From positions 704,001-768,000 of the forward strand of contig OZ240215.1 of assembly GCA_965197585.1 (NCBI GenBank): DNA of 64,000 nt, read 5' to 3'. This DNA comes from Dehalococcoidia bacterium. Lineage in GTDB: Bacteria > Chloroflexota > Dehalococcoidia > Plut-88900. The position numbers and the translations under genes are program-made. The notes beneath the pieces are model-generated. The model was not told where the DNA came from. It saw only the letters and a program-made list of their open reading frames with translations, and did not search any database. Numbering within the stretch: the stretch's first letter is position 1; every line of letters begins with the position of its first letter. Shown here in pieces: positions 60,450 through 64,000 of this stretch.

Positions 60450-63029
60450 CTAAGAATTCGTAGCATATATCGAGACGATGCGCTCGGCCTCTAGATCATA
60501 TCGTTCGGCCAATTCCTTGAGTCCTGTTGCTAAACGAAAATACCCCGCATCTTCTACTTCCTCAGCCTTTCTTCTATACTGTCTCGCTAGATTGCGCTCG
60601 GGGTCACCGCTAGGGTCGATGTGGTGGGCTCCCCTAGCATTAAAGGCACCTATCACATAGCCTTCCCTCAATGATTCCGCATTCTCTTTGTTAAGGGCTG
60701 CTGCGACTGTTCGATCAATCCATAGATTGTCCGGGTCGGCGGGTGAATGGTACAGTACTTGACCCACTTGATTCAGGCCTACTTCAAGATGACCCGTCGC
60801 ATTGCATGCGGCAATTACTTGGGAAAGCCAGTCGTCGAATTGAACTGAGGATATTGAGCCATCGGGCAACATGCCCGGTGGCTTCCGCCAGCCGTTAAGA
60901 AGTTTCCATGCATTGCTAGCCAATGCTTGAGCTTCCTTGCTTGGGTTCGTACTGGGAGCAGTCTCCCCGCGAGGCCGGTACAAGAGGCGTATTATCTGGC
61001 AAAAGAACTGAGCATTGCCAGACAGTTCGCTTTCCAATGTTCTCGGCGAAGGGGACCGTCTTCCATCTAGTAGTGATACGTAAGCCCATTCAACTTTGAT
61101 CATATCCTCTCGGTTTGGTCTTTCGTCCTTTTGAAGAGCCTCTATAAGGCTTGTAATGTAGTAGAGTTCTGAAGCAGTAGGCTGTTCGTCCGAAACTGCT
61201 ATCGCGAGAAGCGTTCTGATGCTTCTGTCTACATCCAAGGTCCTCTCTCGAATGAAAGCGCCTCCGAGGCATCCTAGTGCTTCCCTGGCTCTGCCATATT
61301 GAAGGAGTTTATCCACAGCATGTCCAAAGTTTGCCTCAGCAAATCGAGTGGTCAGTGCATCATTCTGCCAGTATTCTGATTCATCGTGGCCGAGCCACTC
61401 GGTTGCACGAATCCAGGTTTCTTGGTTGAAAGGAAGACACGCTAAGAATCTGCTCAAATGCGGGACTGACCATTCGGTTCGGTTCAACTGATCCACCCAT
61501 TCCCACCCCGTTATATGCCGCCGAGTCCAGATGTAGGCTCGGATGAATTCGGACAATCCCTTGTCGTCTGTTGCCAGAAATGACGGAATCAAGAAATCGT
61601 CGATTTCGCCACCGGCCACTTCGGCTAGTGCCTTCCCTACGAAGTAAGTGGACTGCACCGCTTTTGCGAACTGCATAACCGATTCTGTCCCCCCATCAGC
61701 AAGAATCTCCCTTATCGCTTGTCTACGTTGTTCCTCTTCCACTTCATGGTCGCTTTCCCTATCCTGCAAGGCCAACACGCCACTATCAAACTTGAGCCGA
61801 TGCAACAATGTGGGGCTGGAGGGAGCAAGTTTCTCGGCTACAGTATCAACAGTCGATAACGTTTCTCGGTCCCAAACCCAGTTGGCATCTGGAAATCTTT
61901 GGTGTTTCCATACGAGCTTGGTCAACCTGTTCCAGAGCTTAAACAAGTATTCTTCATCCTCACCCGCATCCACGAGGCTTGGTAGGAAAGCTACCAAGCT
62001 CTGAAGCGGCTCCTCGGGCAAGCAGTCGAGTAGGTCAACCAACTCCAGCAGTTTACTCTTATCACCTGTTCCCACGCTGACCGCTAAATTGGCGCAAAAC
62101 AAGGTACAGTCCCAATAGTCATTGTTGGATACTCTAGGCTCCCAATCTCTTGCTACCGGATTGCGCCATTCCGGTTTGTGTGTAGGAGATCCTGTCTGTA
62201 CCTGGTCAGGCAACAGTTTGGTCAAGAGTTTCCATCCTTCGTTCGGGACTTCTTCCTGCACAGCTCTTATCGCGACCTTCCGCTTTTCTAGAGTCGCCTT
62301 AGTGTTGGGAAACCAAGGCAACAAAATACTTGTCAGAGAAGAAAGAGGCCGAGGATACCAATTGCCTCCCGAGTCCCGCTCCCCCATCTTAGCCAAGTCA
62401 ACACATACCCTGACCAAATATTCCTCATACCAACCAAGTGTTTCCATTGCCCAAAGTAAACCGTTCAAACAATACTCACCGGTGAACCCCACGGTTTCCT
62501 GAGCGAATAGCATGTCGATTGCACGGGAATCCTGATGCAGAGCCTCCTCTAGTGCCGAAAGAAACTCTTCAGGAGATGTCTCGGCCAATATGGGAAGTAG
62601 GTCCCCAAGGGTTGCCCATGAAGTCCAATCTGCCTCTGACAAGATTTCCCGTACAGCAAGGCGTGAGACATTTCCCGCTTTGTGCTGTGAGCAGTTGGTT
62701 AGCGCACTTGACTGAGTAGCCAAGAGAACTAGAGTTTCTGCTAATCCGCGTCTCAATTCGTATGAATACTTGGGTTTCTTTCCGTATGCCATTGCCGCGT
62801 ATCTTTCGGACGGGGGCAGGTCAAATTTGGGATCGGGTTCGGACAATACGTTGACGGCGAGTTCGGAAAGCATGTCGAGGTCCTCGTCAAAAATCCTCGG
62901 TCCGAGCTCCTTCCATAGGCTTATTTTGTCATTAATCTGCCAAAGCCCATTTCGAAGCGTTAGGGGCGAAGATGAGTCGTTTAGCACATCTTGTATGTCG
63001 GAGAACCAAGACGTGAGATCATTAACCAC
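60450..63029 (-). CDS. Large, predominantly helical, Trp/Leu-rich hypothetical protein (859 aa)
   Basis: Long ORF with SD AGGAGG 7 nt before GTG; 8-nt overlap with the upstream ORF; no P-loop seen. Confidence 0.85.
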   Translation of the reverse strand: MVNDLTSWFSDIQDVLNDSSSPLTLRNGLWQINDKISLWKELGPRIFDEDLDMLSELAVNVLSEPDPKFDLPPSERYAAMAYGKKPKYSYELRRGLAETLVLLATQSSALTNCSQHKAGNVSRLAVREILSEADWTSWATLGDLLPILAETSPEEFLSALEEALHQDSRAIDMLFAQETVGFTGEYCLNGLLWAMETLGWYEEYLVRVCVDLAKMGERDSGGNWYPRPLSSLTSILLPWFPNTKATLEKRKVAIRAVQEEVPNEGWKLLTKLLPDQVQTGSPTHKPEWRNPVARDWEPRVSNNDYWDCTLFCANLAVSVGTGDKSKLLELVDLLDCLPEEPLQSLVAFLPSLVDAGEDEEYLFKLWNRLTKLVWKHQRFPDANWVWDRETLSTVDTVAEKLAPSSPTLLHRLKFDSGVLALQDRESDHEVEEEQRRQAIREILADGGTESVMQFAKAVQSTYFVGKALAEVAGGEIDDFLIPSFLATDDKGLSEFIRAYIWTRRHITGWEWVDQLNRTEWSVPHLSRFLACLPFNQETWIRATEWLGHDESEYWQNDALTTRFAEANFGHAVDKLLQYGRAREALGCLGGAFIRERTLDVDRSIRTLLAIAVSDEQPTASELYYITSLIEALQKDERPNREDMIKVEWAYVSLLDGRRSPSPRTLESELSGNAQFFCQIIRLLYRPRGETAPSTNPSKEAQALASNAWKLLNGWRKPPGMLPDGSISSVQFDDWLSQVIAACNATGHLEVGLNQVGQVLYHSPADPDNLWIDRTVAAALNKENAESLREGYVIGAFNARGAHHIDPSGDPERNLARQYRRKAEEVEDAGYFRLATGLKELAERYDLEAERIVSIYATNS

Positions 63030-63984
63030 AGGTGTACCTCCTAGAGCGTAGAGCCATTGCCCGAACGACCTCTAAGTCAGCCTCGTTGTTTTCGTCCCAT
63101 GCTCCCAGGAGAAGAGCCTTCACGAGCGAAGCCGCCTTGGAATGCTGGTTCCAATCTGTAACAATTTTGAGTTGCTGTCCGGTTGATGTCGCAAAAATGC
63201 TCGTAACAGTCTTCTTAGGTCTGAAGGCATCAATCAGATGCTGTGGCAATTTTTCTCGGCTAATTGTTCCCGCATCCTGATTCCACGTCTGAACGAGTTC
63301 CACTATTGCACCCCAGACCTGCTCGGGTGAACCAACTTCATATTGGGAGAAATGGGAGAATATAAGAGGCAACGTAGTTCCGTCGTCGCTACCAAGGTCA
63401 TAGCAGAGCAGATCAAGATGTCGAAGGAATGAGTACAAATCCTCGCACCCGACACTAAGGTGTGCTTGGAAGGCTGCCAGCCTGGCACGTTTAGAATTAC
63501 TGCTAAAATTGGCTTTTCCTACGTGCCTATAAAACTCAGCGTGGTCTGCCGTGTGCCTAGCTTGTCTCAGTAACCAAACAACGTCGTGCTCATTTGTTCC
63601 CTTCAGATGACCTGTGATCAATGCAATTCGATCCTGCCCTTTCTGGAAAAGATCATGGTTGTTGAAATCCTTCCAAGCGGCTTGGATGGATTTGCCAAAG
63701 GTTTGGTCCCCTTTAGTAAAGCTCACGTCGTGTTTAATTTGAGCGATTAGCTTCCTAGTGGTCCTATCTAGAGGCTCTTCTACAACTACTAGGACGTCAT
63801 CCGTGTCGAACCCCTCTACCTTGTTTTGTAGTTTTATCTCCTTAATCGGCCAAGGCGGCAGGCTTGGTGCCACCCCGCCCGAGAGCATTAGAGCGACGAA
63901 CATGGCCTGGATGTGAGCTTCAAAGTGAGGTCCGCCTCCACCAGTGGAAAAGGGATTACTCAGTTGTGCGGCTTGCTGATTCAT
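63022..63984 (-). CDS. Putative PD-(D/E)xK restriction-endonuclease-like protein
   Basis: STGGGG.HFE helix, TDDVLV and AQIK (D..QxK) motifs as in Mrr/Cap4-type nucleases. Confidence 0.7.
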   Translation of the reverse strand: MNQQAAQLSNPFSTGGGGPHFEAHIQAMFVALMLSGGVAPSLPPWPIKEIKLQNKVEGFDTDDVLVVVEEPLDRTTRKLIAQIKHDVSFTKGDQTFGKSIQAAWKDFNNHDLFQKGQDRIALITGHLKGTNEHDVVWLLRQARHTADHAEFYRHVGKANFSSNSKRARLAAFQAHLSVGCEDLYSFLRHLDLLCYDLGSDDGTTLPLIFSHFSQYEVGSPEQVWGAIVELVQTWNQDAGTISREKLPQHLIDAFRPKKTVTSIFATSTGQQLKIVTDWNQHSKAASLVKALLLGAWDENNEADLEVVRAMALRSRRYTCG

Positions 63985-64000
63985 GCCCTTTACAGAGTGA

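Noticed and set aside
60216-60494. 92-aa plus-strand ORF between the CD-NTase and the 859-aa gene
   Set aside because: No SD, no motif, and it overlaps the end of the opposite-strand gene.

Overview
GC-rich bacterial chromosomal segment. Gene content (aroK-aroB fusion, PolX, LLM monooxygenases, amidohydrolase, LarA-like protein, tandem crotonases, purN type) suggests Chloroflexota/Dehalococcoidia, SAR202-like; this is an inference. Positions 1-58170 are mostly housekeeping: aroC, aroKB, thrC, hsp20/dnaJ/hspR/clpC, prs, secA, polX, valS, acpS-nnr-vapBC-coaX-coaBC, metF/folD, a sigma-70 paralog, aspS, tig-clpP-clpX and the dprA-topA-xerC-aroQ-pepP-efp-purN operon. These are interspersed with several families of short palindromic REP/MITE-like repeats. 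One repeat copy is inserted in frame in valS and another is the target of an intact IS5 element with a CTAG duplication. At 58174-58194 a tRNA-Ser-like 3' end fragment marks the att border of a visibly lower-GC island. The island carries a type I CBASS (CdnE-like CD-NTase + Cap15-like 2TM effector). Directly upstream and co-oriented is an unnamed two-gene module: a PD-(D/E)xK-like nuclease and a translationally coupled 859-aa helical protein. This module is the best candidate for an undescribed defence system. No CRISPR array, rRNA or complete tRNA was found.
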